The position numbers were made by a program, and so were the translations under genes. A DNA stretch of 63,976 nucleotides, counting the filler, from Catajapyx aquilonaris (Eukaryota), in the NCBI GenBank assembly GCA_000934665.2. It is 2 parts of 2 records of this genome, joined end to end, with 100 filler letters (N's around TTAATTAATTAA, not from the genome) between each part and the next. Parts side by side here need not be neighbours in the genome. Positions count along the whole stretch, not along the records: positions 32,040 to 63,976 come from KZ539152.1; 1 more part is not named here. One strand, written 5' to 3'. The notes beneath the pieces were generated by a model. It did no database searches and had not been told where the DNA came from. It saw only the letters and a list, made by a program, of their open reading frames with translations. Positions 44,701 through 59,700 of the stretch are shown here, piece by piece. Every line of letters begins with the position of its first letter. The stretch's first letter is position 1.

Positions 44701-47700
44701 GACAGATGCAGTGCATTGCGTATTCATACACGTAGGCTATATTGTGCAATGCTGCGCAAGTGCACACTATCCTGTTTTTAAAAAGTATTTTACTTTCAAA
44801 TTTTTGTTTGCTTCAAAACTGTCGTAGGTCCTTACAAAATACGTTTGCAAAAATTTTTTGAAGTGTATACAGGCCAGTTATTGAGTCCAATTTTTCGTCG
44901 CCAATTTTTATAGACACTTGTCCGGCGTGTTGCTGAAGTTGTTGATGCGTACGGTACAAATTATACGTAAGTTAACTTGTTTACCTGTGAATATTTTCTG
45001 GCTTTCCCACATTTCCCGTATAGAAAAACTCCCATGCCTTTATTTTTTGCACCACTAACTATTCCACCTATGAGCGCAGGTACTGCCATAACATGGCATT
45101 GAAAAATGAAGATTAAGAAATCTCTCGATGGAATTACTGCCAAGGGATATTCCCCTAATCCCAAGGCTTTACTGTTGCGGTGGTCAAGGTAGCACTTATG
45201 ACGTACTTACACTTCATGTAAAGAGAGAGAGAGAAACAAACGAAATAATAATAATCCACTTTGCACTGGGTTCACATGCACTGGCCCTGAAAAGTATGGT
45301 CTGATCTAGCGATCTAGGGTTACTAGTGCAATAGTTATCGGGAATTCGAGCATGTCAAGGTGAAATGACGTCACAATGTCAAGGTGCGATAACATGAATT
45401 GGGCAACAATCCCGTTTTTTTTCCTTCTGGCCACTAGACATATGTGAGTGCAGGGAAAGGAAGACGTGGTTGTGAGGGGTCCAGAGAAGGTGGGGTGGGA
45501 TGTGGAATGTACTCATACCAGCACATGCCACGAACACTTCCTAACCGCAGATATGTACTGTACTCCGGTATGTCCACATGCGGCAATCAGGGCAGCGCTC
45601 CCTGGAACGCCTCTCGGTGCCGCTCGGTACAAGCCGGTGCACCGAGGGTAGATAATGCGGACACGTGCAGTGTTGCTGACCTCCCCAACTTCTTGGGTTA
45701 CCATCTCGGTTGCTGGTTGTAACCGAATACTTAGGGGTGTCAGGTCTGCATGTGACGTCAACCGGGAAAATGCAGACGGGGGACCGGAAACGGCAAAATT
45801 CTTGTAGCATGGTCAATATGAGCCAAATGGGAGCCAAATTCTGAAACATCCGGTGGTTCTGCCAACAATAACCACTTCCAAGTACGGGGACTATGAACAC
45901 AGGAAATAAAATGTAAATATTTCCTTTCAATTCCGTATCTACAGGAAAAGTATGATAACGTTGCCCCAAGTGTCAGCGTATGTATACAGAAGTCAAAGTC
46001 GGTCATGTTGATGCAGGTTATATTCCGTGGATTCTGAGTATATACCCCGTACATTGTTCCGCATCAGGACGTAAATCACCTGTTTATTCTTGGTGTGACA
46101 TACGCAATAAAAGCAACCCAGATGGAACCGATCCGAACTCGTTTATTGTGACATGCGATGTTTGAATGGGAATACCGAATGGTATGGCGCCAAAAACAGT
46201 CCTTGGTCGCTATTGGCCAGCTACGTCGGACCTACGTCACACCCGAGTCTGGGGAGTTACCCCCGCCAGTTACGTACATAGCAAATGTATTTTTCCCCCG
46301 CCGCAACCCCCCTGCAGCTATTCAGTAGTGCATCTTGCCTTGTGGGTTTCGCACGTACCTGCTTCATCCTCCGAACCACGCCCCGGTTTTCCAGCCCAAA
46401 ACATAGGACCACCCTCCCACCCCCTACTCCATATCCGCAAAGTACGTTCACCCCTTTTCTGTCCATTGATTTTTGGAGAGGGAGCAGACACCACGCCCTT
46501 TTCCTTCGGCCGATACACCCCGTCTGCTCCTGTTGTGTCTGCGAGCCAGGATTCCTTTAAAGGTACGGGTAAATATAGGGCAGGGTGCTGCATGGGTGCC
46601 ATGATTTCTTCCAATGGTCATGTAGTGGAAAAGGTGTGTCGAAATCTGGTGGTTGCTTGTAAACAGTGGAAATATAGGGCGAAGATACCGCCGGATCGAT
46701 CTGTTGGTTTTTTTTTTTTTTTNNNNNNNNNNNNNNNNNNNNNNNNNNNNNNNNNNNGGGGGGGGGGGACAACACCACGGCAATGTTTACTACCGGATAC
46801 ACTGTTGCCATTGTCGGGTTTCATTCTGGCTGGAGGATGACTGTGATAAAGCAAAGGTCATCGAGGCGGAATTGAAAGGAGGATATGCATATTGGCGGTA
46901 TTGACAACGGACTTCCTGTGGGGGTGGACTTAAAGTGCGGAAGTTAGGCCTTGTGCCAGCGATCAATGGCAGCAGATAGGTGGGCGGACCATCTAATAAA
47001 GCATTGCGTCGTAGTAGGTAGGGGTGCCAAGTTGGGAATATTTGGACTACGTAATAACAGGTGATTTGCAAGAGTAAGGGGGGGAAAAAAACTAAAGTAG
47101 GGCATCCTCCTTTCTAGTTCCTGGTACATCAAAAAAGACGGCGTATATAGGAGGGTGACAGTTGGCGATTGTCACCTAGGGGACCTCACGTGCGGGTGAC
47201 GACATATTGGCAAAGTGTCACACACATGTCGCAAGGAAAAGGTGATTGTTTTCGATTCGCGTGACAAACCGGGGGGTCTGTTTGGGTTCATCGTATAGGG
47301 GTAATTCACCCGCTTCTATATATACGTATTTTCCGGAACTTTCAATGGTAGGATATGAGAACGGAATTTCTGGAATTGGTGTAAACAGGACGTTGGTGCT
47401 AATGAGTGTTTGTGTTCCGGCAGGCACGCTATTTATGGGTTATATGCAAAATATTTACTCGCGCCACGTCATGGCATGTGTTGGCCACTTTTTGAGTGTT
47501 GATATCTGGGGGAAATTACCGTCAAATCCTAATAATTAGCGTCCTTGATATACCTGTACATTCCGGATGTACAAAAAGGAGGGGGGTTCGGGAAAAAAAA
47601 CATGGACAAAGAACAGCGTGCCCTCATTCTTCTTTACTTTCCCATGGGCTACCTGGCCAAGGAGCGCACCCTTGACACCAAGTTAACTTTAGAAACGACC

Positions 47701-50049
47701 TGTCTTACGCACTGTGTACAGTACACTGTATGTGTTCCCTTTTTTTCTTTCCAGGATCATCCCCAATGTCGCTGGTTGGCGTTCATCCAGGTGAATTCCG
47801 GGGCAGGGAGAGGAATTTCAGGTGAGTGTTTGTCTGATGCGCACCTGCGTCTCCGCATACAATATTATTTATATCGGACACAAAAGTCTCGAAGCGCACT
47901 TTCTGAGAGTGACGCGTTTGGCGTCCAAACTTAGACATGTGATGTCTGTATTTTTGGACTTGCATTGCTCGGCATGAAAATGTACCGCGACCTGTCCTAT
48001 TAATAGTCCGCGGATGGTAAACAGCGGCGCAGCATGTAGGAGGGCCACAGGTGAAATTCCGGGGGCCCTTTTGCTGACTCACCGCATATAGTCGTAGGAG
48101 CGTAGGCGTAAAAATTGATTCCGTATAGAAAACTTGTCCAGTTAGTCACTCGCAAATTTTCAGCAGTATAACGTTGATTGTATGTCCACAGCGGTTGCAG
48201 CATGAACCGCAAATCGGAGCGGAGTTGCAGCGAGGAGAGCCTCCAGATGGCCCGAGAAATGTCATTTGAAGAGCTGAACAACTACTTCAACCAGCAGGAC
48301 GCTGTGTTGACCATCGAGGAACTTCGGCACCACCTGAACTCCTGCTTTACGTAAGTATTGTTGTTTAGGGAGGACACTTGACAAGGTGTGGCAGATGCTA
48401 ATAAATTGATGGTTTCGTTACAGATGCGGTGTGAGCTGGAATGAGGATCACGTGTCGCTGGATTGTCGCGAGTGCGGTGGTTACTCTCTGGAGAGGCCAT
48501 GCCCCGAGTGCGATGGGAAGTGCACCGCTGTCTGGAAGCGTGATCTGTCCACGGTGAGTGTCAGACATTACAACATTTTTGCATCGAATTAATCGTTGGA
48601 TTTTCTATCGGTTAAATACTGAGAAATTTGGACACGTGGGAGTCCACACATGCAGAGAAGGTTAGGGATTCCCGATCCTATCGGCATGTCCACATGCTGT
48701 TAGTATCTGGTAGAAAAGAGGGAAATGACGTAAGTTGCTTCGAGGACATTACACAACCGGTTGAGCAAGGCTGTACAAGGACGGTGTGCATTTCGGAGAG
48801 GGAGGGGGCTGGGAGATTACCAACGCCCCTTTTTACTAACATTCCTGGCCGGGTATTTTCGTAGGGGTGTGGTCTAGGTGAATGGGGGGTATCTTTGCGA
48901 AAAAATTATAATAATAAATCCTGTTAGAGTTCTATGGGAAAGATGGGGTTTATTCTGCAACAAAAGTCAAGGGTAGATTTAATGGGTGGGAAGTTTGGGG
49001 ACGGAGATAGACGATGGGAAGTCATGGCCGGTTTTTTTGAGAGAAATTGTTGCTGCTGGAGGCTGGCTTGAACAGTACTGTAGTTTGAGTGGGTCCTTCT
49101 TCCCTCCCTTGGCGACCCATTTTTCGTGTGGGATTAACAAAGAGAGAAGGTGAAGGAGGGCCAGGTGGAACGAGCACGAGCTGACCACGTGAAGGGAAGA
49201 AGGGCCAAGGCCTTGCATCTCTCCTGAGGTTTCTCTTACCTTCCCATCCCTCCCTGCCCCCAAGAGTCCTGCAGGAGGTGGTGCTAATGACACCAGTAAT
49301 TATCAACCTGGTCACTCTTGCTGAAAGATGTGAAGTTACAGAACCACTTGGCAGTACCCTCATATGATTTCAATATAACATTTAGTTTGAAATGAGAAGA
49401 ATCACCTGATTTTCTAAGGACAGCCTGGGGATATTTCTAAGTGCAACCTTCTGCACATGAGAATAGGCAGGATGTCATTAGTAGATGCTTGATGGTGGTG
49501 GCAGGGATATTCACCTCATCTTGTCCTTGTGGTTTGGCCTATGCAAGCCTTCAGACACCGCAAGCCTCTTTGCACGGCCCACATGCTAGGTATTGTAAAG
49601 TCATGTATCTGAGGTGCCAGCCACACCTACGACTTGCGGGCGCCCTTATGCATATCCTGAAAAATCCCGGCGGCCTTCCAGTTGACCTTTCTTCCTCGAT
49701 TGGGTCCATAATACTGTTATGAAAGCAATTTGCACGTGTGGGTCACATGCCAGGTCACTATTAGGAGTAATCTGCCAGCTTCTTGAATATTCATGAATGG
49801 TGTTTTAAAGTGAAGCAGTGACTGACCTTGGATTATTTTTTTTTGTTGCAGTCTCATTCTCTGCGCAGGGCCCAGTGGGAAGGCCAATGCACCCTTGCAT
49901 CTTCCATGTCTTCTTCGCAATCCCCGGCTTCATCTTCCTTGTCACCAACGCCGTCAACTCCAGAGGCCAAGCTGCAGCTGCTCCAGGCCATCGTGAAGTC
50001 GCCAGAAGACTCTCTGTGTGTGAAGGTGAAGAATCTCAGCACATCGTGA
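35710..50049 (+). CDS. Pino: Protein pinocchio homologue (180 aa from ATG 47766; 224 aa with the upstream exon)
   Basis: Exons [35710-35830], 47755/47766-47821, 48192-48350, 48424-48553, 49852-50049, with consistent phases. Encodes [72 protein letters not shown], the Cys-rich signature I recognise from Drosophila Pinocchio. The upstream exon is less certain. Confidence 0.9.
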
Positions 50050-51853
50050 CGGACCGGGCCAGTTTAGAAGTGACTTGTCAGCCAACGAACAAGTGCGCTG
50101 ACACGAATGGACTTGGGCTGTCCCATCTGTTGCTCGAAGCCCATTGTGCAGAAATGCACACACTTGAGAGCCCCCTCCTCCCCATTTTGTATGCATTTTC
50201 GTAAAAATGTGCCACTTAAGTGAGTTCATGCTGCACTGTATTCCTCTTGTCATCTGGCGCTTTAAGCATTTGTTTTTATTTATTTTCTTCCTGGTACCGA
50301 CTTAGAGGAGTAGGAAGGAAGGAAGGTGGTTGAAAGACATGTGATGCACAACAATTAGTCATTCTCTGCTAGAAGTTATTTCACATGCTTTGACGTACAA
50401 GTGCCTACACCAGACTTGATTTTGCCTTGATGACAAGACACTGACTTTGTGTGTATATATATATGGCTTGGCACAGGATTCACCTAGGTTAAATTTTGTT
50501 TGTTTTTCATTCTGACTATTGTGTTTTGGGGGGACAAGAAACATGCTGGTTAGCCTTGCAGCCATGCTTAGTAGACTCATGAACCATTTTTACTTGTGAA
50601 ACTATTTGGATTATGATGCCGATTTTGTGAGAACTGGGAAGTATTTTTGTACACTCACAGCCAAACAGAATCCAAACCTCATTGACGTCTTGGAATTTTG
50701 TAGCAAGGTTGATGTTTTTGTATCCCATGTTTTATACTTGACTGCAGTTCTTCTGAATTGACATGACAAGCGTCTTTTTTGGCATATCTGTGTTGTTTAG
50801 GTGCATTGTACATAAGGTTTGAGCACTGAAACATTGATCATTTTTCCATGGACATGCAGTGACAGGCCCGCAGCATTATCCTCAAACAACACCCAGTCAA
50901 GTGAAGTTGCAATTCCTCAGATGCAGCATGTCAACTTGGGCATTTTTTCACTGCATGTCTGTGGCCAGTTCCAAGAACAACTAGGTGGTTTCCTCGCTGA
51001 TTTTGTAGTTATGCTTTCCATGTTAGCTATTTGCTATTGTAATGCTAGTTCTACTAAACTTGGAAAAAGGCGTGGAATAAAATGGGGTTTATTCACGTGT
51101 AAACATTTGTTTATCAATATCTGACGACTTACACCAATACATGTTTTGCAGGATATGGCAGTGTTAAATGCACAAGTCAGTTGACTAGTGTAATTTCAGA
51201 ATATATTGGAATGGAGTTTCAATGTTTTTTCTTTTTTTTTGCATGTCTTTTATGGAATCTGCTCCACTGCAACAGTTTAATTTTTAAGAATATATTCATC
51301 GTGTAAATTTTGAAGTCACACTTGATAAGGACATCAGCACCTCATCTGACACCTGGGGTGATCGACCCTGATCATGTGCACTTGAATTTCTTCTTTTACA
51401 ACTGATTACTGTTCACTCCTTGTCAGTTGTGGTTAGCAAAATGTATGAAGTGGTCCAGAAACGCCTGGAATCAGCCATATGCTAATTTCTGTACATGTAT
51501 TAAATAGTCACATTGAATTTTTGGGCAACTTGATCTCTTAACACATGTGAAGAGGGTTGTTAGCACTTGAGTTAAAATTGCACCTTTGGTGCATAGGCAG
51601 CCTTTTGAACTGGTGGCCCCCCATTTACAAATATATTGAATAATGAGACAGAAAAAGTTGTTTGTGGGACCAATACCCTATGGAATGCCTCACTGGTAAT
51701 TTAACTGGCCTCCAGATAGTAAGAAGACCCAAGTGAACCGGCCACACTGATGCCGCCCATGTTGTGGGCATAAGTGACATAAAAACACTTGACTGGACCA
51801 CAGAGTTGGAAGTAAAAGACTCCAAATGTATGTCATTCATAACACTTTACATA

Positions 51854-51859
51854 TTTATT
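51854..51859 (-). terminator. Probable poly(A) signal of the IRS gene
   Basis: AATAAA on the minus strand at the end of a ~1.9-kb U-rich stretch following the IRS stop codon. Confidence 0.45.
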
Positions 51860-53779
51860 GACTTAGGTTTCAATGACTGTATAGACTCGTACTATAACCA
51901 GAGATAGAGAGAGAGAGAGAAAAACAACAACATAGGAAAGCACATACTTGGCATCAAAAATCACCAATGCATTTGCACAATAACAAATATAGGCCATAAT
52001 TCCTGAAGAATATAAACATTTGTGTACCTGGTCAACAGATGTAGAAGAAAGAAGGCGAAAGTTTAAAACAACATTGGGAAATGTCACTGACAGAAAACAA
52101 CTTTTTTGGCAGAGCAAAAAACATCCTGCACATAGAATGACAACTTTTAAATAAAGACAGTCGATCCACACTCGCGGCAATTTCAGACATTCGTTGCATT
52201 GGAAGAGGGAGCAAGGATGGTATATATAATATTATTTGGGAAATGCTTCATGTCCTTCCAACATAAAAGCAGACACGCACTGTACACAGCATTGCCTTAC
52301 ATATGCTGCACTAGAAACCGGGAGAAAACCTTCGCTGCTACAGGGACAGTTGGACGTCATCTACCTAGGTTGCCCTTCCGCTTTCTAGTGCCATGGAAGT
52401 GAGGGCACAGGAGAGAAGACAGAACCAGGATGGGAAAGGTGGAAAAAATATATATGTATATATGGGGCCATGCAACCACAGAACAGTCATGTAAACCAAC
52501 AACAAGGAACATTTATATACATATTTTCTTTAAAAAGATACGTTTCTTATACTTGATGCGTTTCATAGATTACAAACTAAAATGACACTGAAATGTCCCT
52601 CCAAGTCCGACTTCCTTATACATGTAGCGACGAGTGTAGTGGGCTCCCCATACTTAAAAAAACATGAACGCAATGTTAATAAAATTCCCCCAATTCATAA
52701 ACTCTCACCCACACATTCAAAAAACAAAAACAAAAACAAAAAATTCATGCACTTCATTCACACTGGGAAATGTTAACGCTTTTTTTTCCGTTCTGTTCAT
52801 GGTTGTGATGCATGTGGACTGTCATAGAAGAGGTGAGGGGATGGCAAAAAAAAAAGAGGTCACTATGCAGCACATGGCAGTTATCCAGTGACTAATAATG
52901 GGCGGTAACGACTTAAAACAACCTAGCACGCAAGACAATGCACAGAAATAGACACAGCTTGTAAAAAATGTATCTCAACAATTGGCAACAATATGCACCA
53001 AAAAAGACAAGCGTAAAAAACGATGGGACCTGAGTCACACCCAGGAAACCCAAAAAAGGAACTCAACGCCAGCATTTCGCCCCCCTCCCCAGAATTTTCG
53101 GGCTTAAAGAAATTATGCGATTAATCTTTACACCGGTAAATTATATGGTTTTAGTCTTTTTCCATACTTTGAACAATTCCTAGCCAAAAGCACCATTTTG
53201 GTGATGTATTAGTTTTTATCCTCAGCTAACTAGGGTGGGAGGGAGAGGTTAATTAGGAAATAGGTATCAGAAAACAAAACAACTGAGTGGGGATCAGAAA
53301 GGGGGGTTGAAATAACAATTTCAAAAAATTTATACCACCCTTTCCCCTCTTCTCATCTCAATTCCACTCACTTTTTCCATGATCCTTGAAATATTCAGCC
53401 TTAGATTTGATTAATTCACCACTCTCCAACATTTGCACGTACACCTGCCTAGGTTAACAACCTTACAAAAATAACTTGTGCCCTCCCCATCCTTGCACTG
53501 CACTCCTCACACACATTCACAAGCTACGTAACACACACGAAAAATTGAGCATTCCTCTTCGGTCCGAAAAATGCAGAGAGGCAAACCACGGGATATCCAT
53601 AGGGGGGAAGAGGGGCCTTCCCTTTGTAAGTGCTGATATGTGCGCCCTCCCCAAGGCAAGGCGACGTAAAGCATAATTTCACAGGTTTGACCCCGAAAGA
53701 AGAACACCCCCCCGCTCCCCCACTATCCTTCCCCAGCCCCTCTCAATAATAATAATAACAACAATAATAAAAGTGGCAG

Positions 53780-56700
53780 TCAATGCCTGGGGTCCCTGAG
53801 GAAGGAGTGAGCCATGTTCCTCACACCTTCACTCCGGGTGAAGTCAATCTGGGCATAACTCAGCCTTTGCCTGGGAGGCCCATCCTCCTCATCTCCACCT
53901 GACCCTTCCCCCCTCTGACTCTTTACCCCTCCACTAACACTTCTCTCGTCCCCAGGAAGGTCCAAAGAAGCGTAGTTGAGTTCCTTGTCCATTGCAAGTC
54001 TCCCACCAGCAGGTGTAAAGTTCAGGTTTTCATATGTTGGAGGTGGTGCTGCAGTGGCGGTAACAGCAGCAGCAGCAGCTGTCGTGGTAATGGTGGCAGG
54101 TATTGTGGTGGTGGTGGTGGAGGCACCAGGGGCAATGGTGATGGTATTTGGGGTGGGGTCAGAAGTAGGTGCTGGTGATTCTGCAGGTCTTTTGTGAGTG
54201 AAAGCAGCCGACTTCAGCCCTAGCCTGGTGCTTAAGAGGACAGGCTCCACTGGGATGGAATCCAGCTTGTGGGTTGACTTGGGCCTGCTGGAGAATTCAT
54301 ACAAGAGACAGCATGAGAAAAATAACACACCTAATAAGGGCATTCTATATGTGCCAAAATGCCTTTTAAAGATGGCCTTTGTTTCTATGAGAATTAGAGT
54401 AATAATACCATTCACATCCACACGTATTGTGATCAGATAATTTTTTTCCCATCGTCACTGATTATACAGTATATTACTTACTGAACAATTAATAACAATA
54501 AGCAACATGATCTGATTGTGCAACTATTGTGACATGTAATGACTTTAATACCACTGCCATACTGATCTGAACATGTGCACCAAAAACATGTGAGGAGAAG
54601 AATAAACTTACCTCTGCACAGCGGACATGTTGACATAGTCATGGCTGGCAGATGATAAGGGGACTGCAACCACTGCTGAAGATACTGACTCGGTGACACT
54701 CACTACACTGGTATTACTTGGGCTGGAGCTGGTGTCAGCCGACCCACCAGATGTAATTGACCATGACGAACCCCTCCCTGCCCCACTTGCTCCTGTCCCT
54801 CCCCCACTTGCTCCTGTCCCTGTTCCAGTGCCACCACCTGCCCCAGTGGATGCCACAGTATATGACAGTGATGCTGATCTGGTGGCTGCCAATGTTGGAT
54901 GAATTTGCTGCTTGGTTGGGAGCACTGCTTGTGGTGGACTATGAGGCTCAAGTCCCAGAGTCTCAAGAGACTTGGTCAGATTTTCTGCAGAAACCACGGC
55001 AGGTGCAACACTCACTGGCGTTGCTCCACTTCTGGGTAGAACTTTCCTCCGCAGAGAAGAAAATGGGCTTGATAAAGGGGACTTTGGACTTCCTCTGGGT
55101 GGAGGGGTGGTTCCACTCTTTCTGGACAACATGCTTGTGAGGCTGCCATAAGGGCTTGGAAGCTTGGATGACATGGACGATGTACGGAGGGAGGAGGAGC
55201 AAGGCTGGATCTCTTCAGAAAGCATATAGTCCCCACTATTGTTGTTGTTGTTGCTGTTGTTGTTGCTGCCAGGTAAGGAGGACCGGTCCCCAGCACGAAT
55301 ACTAATTGGCTGGGAAGTGGGGATGTTGCGTGGTGTGGTGCGGGCTGCTTTTAGACTGCCCTGGCGCTCACGGGCCTTGGAGCCCACCAACATGGACACA
55401 TAGTCTCCTGGAGATAACACTGTTGGATACAAATAACTAACATCAGTAATTTCAAATATAATTAATAAGTTGCCCTGTATTAGGACTGTGGCCTTTTAAA
55501 GAACCCATTTTAATTGACTGATGACTTGACTTATGAAATTGTGCTGTTAATAAATTTTGACTGTGAGGAAGCTTTGAGAAAACCAGTCGAAATTCTTATG
55601 AGAATCATGTCTGATGTGGTCAAATGCAAGACCTGAGGTGGAAGGCTATGGCTACAACCACTACATCACCATACCACCCTATGCCAATGAAATTAGTTTA
55701 CAATATGGCTAATATGACACATCAATTAGGCTAATAAAATCCTCCAGATTCTGGACTGTGGATCCTAAGAAAGGTTTCAGAGATTTATAGAGCCTTTACA
55801 TTTCTGAAGGCAGTTACAAATCACAAGCCACAAAGAAAGGACTGACCTGATGATGGTGATGAGTGAGGGTTGGTGGGTGTGACAGCAGGTGACATGTGAT
55901 ATGCCCCAACATCCAGAAGCATGTACTCCTCTGATTCTGGTGATGTCAGCTGTGGTGTCTGTTGCTGTGTTGTAAGACTGTCCTTCCTCTTACCACATGT
56001 CATGTCAACATAACCGGAAGGTGCCACCATCTCCTTTGAGTGTTGCCATGGAGGTGGTAAGAGGAGCGATGACTTTGTATCAGAAGAGGATGAGAGTGAT
56101 GATGGCATCATGGTAACATAGGCTCCAGTTGTGGTAGGAGGCTCACTCTTTCCTTTTGCCATCATCATGTAATCACCCGCCTGCTTCCCAATGGAGCTGT
56201 GGTTTTCATTATCTTGGCTCCCACCCACCATCATAATGTAGTCTTCCTCTTCAGGAGGTGCACTCCCTCTCTTCCTCCTAAATGAGTCTACCCGGAATGA
56301 CCTTGCCAGGGCAGACCTAACACCCCCTCCTGAGCGCCCTGACTTTCTGTCCTTCTCAGCTCCTAGGCTGGAAGCACTTGAGTTGCGCTTCTTTGAGAAG
56401 TCCATCTCCATCAAGTCCTTAGAGCCTGACATGTGAGAGGTTTAAGTTAAAACAGACAGGTTGAATAGAACAGGGATCCATTTTAATAATACGTAGAATT
56501 AAGCCAAAGAAGTGCAAATACCTGTGGTGACTTCCTGAGGTTGTAAGGCTGTCCCTGAATTGTCTTTGTGCCCACCAAAAAAGTTCCTCAAGTAGGACCC
56601 TCCACCTGACCAGGATGATGCCACTGGCTGTGGTGGTGAAGCTGCCAGAACTGGTGCACTGGCACATTTCTTCCCAACTCTTCCACTTCCTCCTTGTTGG

Positions 56701-59700
56701 GATGACTCAGAGGAGGAGGAGGAGGAGGTAGGTGGCTTTGACAGCTGTGATGACTCAGATGATGTTGATATTTTTGCACTAGCACTACCACTGCCAAGCT
56801 TGATTCCAAGTCTGCTCCCAAGTGAGAGGGCCCTGACCCTGAAGTTTTCTTGGGCCACCTCAAGACGGTTGGTGCTATTCTTCCGCTTGGCGCAATCAGG
56901 CCTTGACCCCACTGAGTAGGCCCTCACAGGTCGTTCCAATAGCACACCCTCATCCTCTGAAGGAGGGAAGTATGAACACACCTTGTCTAGGTGATACTCA
57001 GAAAATTTCAGGTCTGTTGACGGTGTCCCAGATGTGACTGAGCAGCTGCTTGCTGGAGACATGCCCACCTGGAACTCTAAATTTGGACCACAAGTTAACT
57101 CATGGAATTGAGTCTTGATGTGTAAAAACTAATGCAAGCAGGGATTCCCTCTATTTCTACAAGGTGTCCTTCAAGCTCATTAGATTTGCAATTGCATGAC
57201 TACCTTCTAGACTGCTGCAAGATAATGACTTGATCCCTAAAAAGAGACTTTACCATCAAGGCTGTGCAAGCCTCTCCCAGGTTCCATTTCTGCATATCCC
57301 GAGTCAACCCCTCCTGGTGCCATAGGAACATAGCCATCAGGAGTCTCCTCCGCCAGGCTGCTTGTCCGACTATGGTTGGCACTCATCTTTCCATACACGG
57401 CAGTCTTAAGGAGTGAGTCTCCTACTGGGGCAGTGCCAGGGCTCATTGGAATATAGGCTCCAGAGGGGTCCGTTGGGGAGGTGCCACAGGAGCTCATCAT
57501 TTCCATGTATGAACCCTGCTTTGAAATAGGATTATATTTTTAATAATCACTGCAGGAAATGGGTTGTGAAATCTGTTAATTATATACCATCAAATTATCC
57601 CAACCTACAACATGATGACAAATCACAAAATCAACGATACCTTGCTGGGAGTCCTTGTACACATGCTTCAAAGATTAAAATTTTGAATTTACAATGCAAA
57701 TCAACAAGGGCACTAGTTAGTGATCGGCTTGGTTTCACATGGTCCACACCAATAAATGGCCACTACTAATGCACATACTAAACTTGTGGTATGATCTTTT
57801 TTTAAACTATGCACTTGGTTATTTCACCTCTTTGCACCTTGCTTCAGACCTTTCTCAACTGATTGCTTAAAAACTCGTGGCCTTTTCCTTTGCTTTGCAT
57901 TTTCTCATAAGCTTCCAATGTACACTTTTTTGTAATACATGTACAGGAATTTAGAAGCGACAAACTCTCACCTGGGATGGAGACCCAGATGTGAACCCAT
58001 GACCTGGTGAGAACTTGGAGAAGTTTCTACTTCCTGACTGGTTGAGTAATAGGGACAAAGACCCAGTAGGCCTGTCCATTGGCACATAGGAACTTCTGTC
58101 TTTCTCTTCCACATCTGAAATAAATATCATGAGTATGCTGCAAAATCCACTGAAACTCCTGTCACCCTACCATTTGGTCCTTGCCAAGGGACATACTCAT
58201 CCAGGCTCTCCTCTAATATGGCAGGCTCCATAGGTAGGCTATCAGGAGTGGCTGCTGCTCCATGATGAACACCATCCATTTCCACCTCATCAATAGACAT
58301 AGATGATCCAGCCGAGTCGGTTGAGTAGGCCACTGAGCTTGGGCTGAATGACATGCACACAGTGTCCCTGCTGGAAGCACCATAACACTAATCAATTTGA
58401 AGTCTCTTGATTTGCAATAGTCATATACAGTGCCCAACATTTTATATGATGACTGACAAGCCTTTCCTTTCATACAACCTCCCACTTTTATCACATCAGT
58501 GTTAACCTTTGGTAAAAATAACTTTAGTGTCTGATGCAGTACACTTACTGCTGCTGTTGTGGGAGAGAAAAAGAATCTTATAAATCAATACATTGGACCT
58601 GCCTAACCCCCCACCTAACCTCCCCACCAAGTCATGCTGCATCAAAACTGGAGTCAAATCCCTCCATACCAGCATGAAGTACTTTATGAATAAACCCTTT
58701 GTAACAGCAGCATCTGATTGAGAAGCATCTCAATAAAGAAAAACTAGGCCGACAATAAATCACTGCAACCAAAACACAACAAAAAAACTTCAGTACTACC
58801 TGACTGAGGTGGTTGGGACAGGTGGTGAGTACGAAATCGCCCTGGAGTACATGGAGTGCGGTCGACTGGCAGTGCTGGTGGTGATTGCGTTGGCAGGCAT
58901 TAGGTGGGGAGGACCTCCTAGCATCTGGGATGTGTTGCTAGTGACACTTCCAATCCTTGCCAGGGAAGGTTGTTGTGATACAGGACCATGTGACTGAGAA
59001 GGTCCTTGATGGTGTCCTTCACTGATTGTCCTGGACCGTGAAGGCATGCTGTCTGCACGATCCCGATTTGTCGTTGCTCCTGATGCATGTGCATAAGCAC
59101 ATGGAGGAGGAGCTGAATTAATTAATTTGCACTATTTTAACACATTATGGGGCACCCCCTGCTTTGTCCAAGAATGGAGCAGAGGAAGTAAGTTAGTTCT
59201 ACAGATGGCTGCACTATACTATACCCTTTGTAAAATTATGGATAGAGATTTAAGCACCTGACTCCCAGGCTGCATTACTACATTGTTATGGTGCAGTAAG
59301 CATGTTGTATATACAATACATTTGCCCATCATAAATGTAACGCTGCTTCTTGTGAAACAATCTGAGGTTAGCATTTGTCATATTCACAATATTTGTTACA
59401 TAACCCATCACCACGTGGTGTTTCACTGTAAGTAACCCACAGTTTTGGTAATATTTTCCTGACTACTTCCAGGGTTTCCCATGATTTTTTTTCATCATCC
59501 CATCTAATCTCTGCCCAATTTAAATATAATTTATCTGCATTCATATTTACTTCTGCTCTGATTTCACTGTCTCATTTGGGTAAAGCTACATATCAATAAT
59601 TTTGGGCTGCCCAACTGATGTCCCAAATTTTGTCAGAAAACAGACCAGACCAGGCAGGCAATGCTGAGCAGTCTCTGGTGGAGGTGGCAAGGCAGATGTG

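Noticed and set aside
46166..46840. 224-aa ORF and other ORFs inside the long Pino intron
   Set aside because: It spans an N gap, has no recognisable motifs and overlaps equally weak ORFs in several frames.
58549..58553. Possible 5-nt IRS microexon (polypyrimidine-CAG|CAGCA|GTAAGT on the minus strand)
   Set aside because: Signals look strong, but inclusion breaks the frame with the best flanking sites; cannot be supported without reads.
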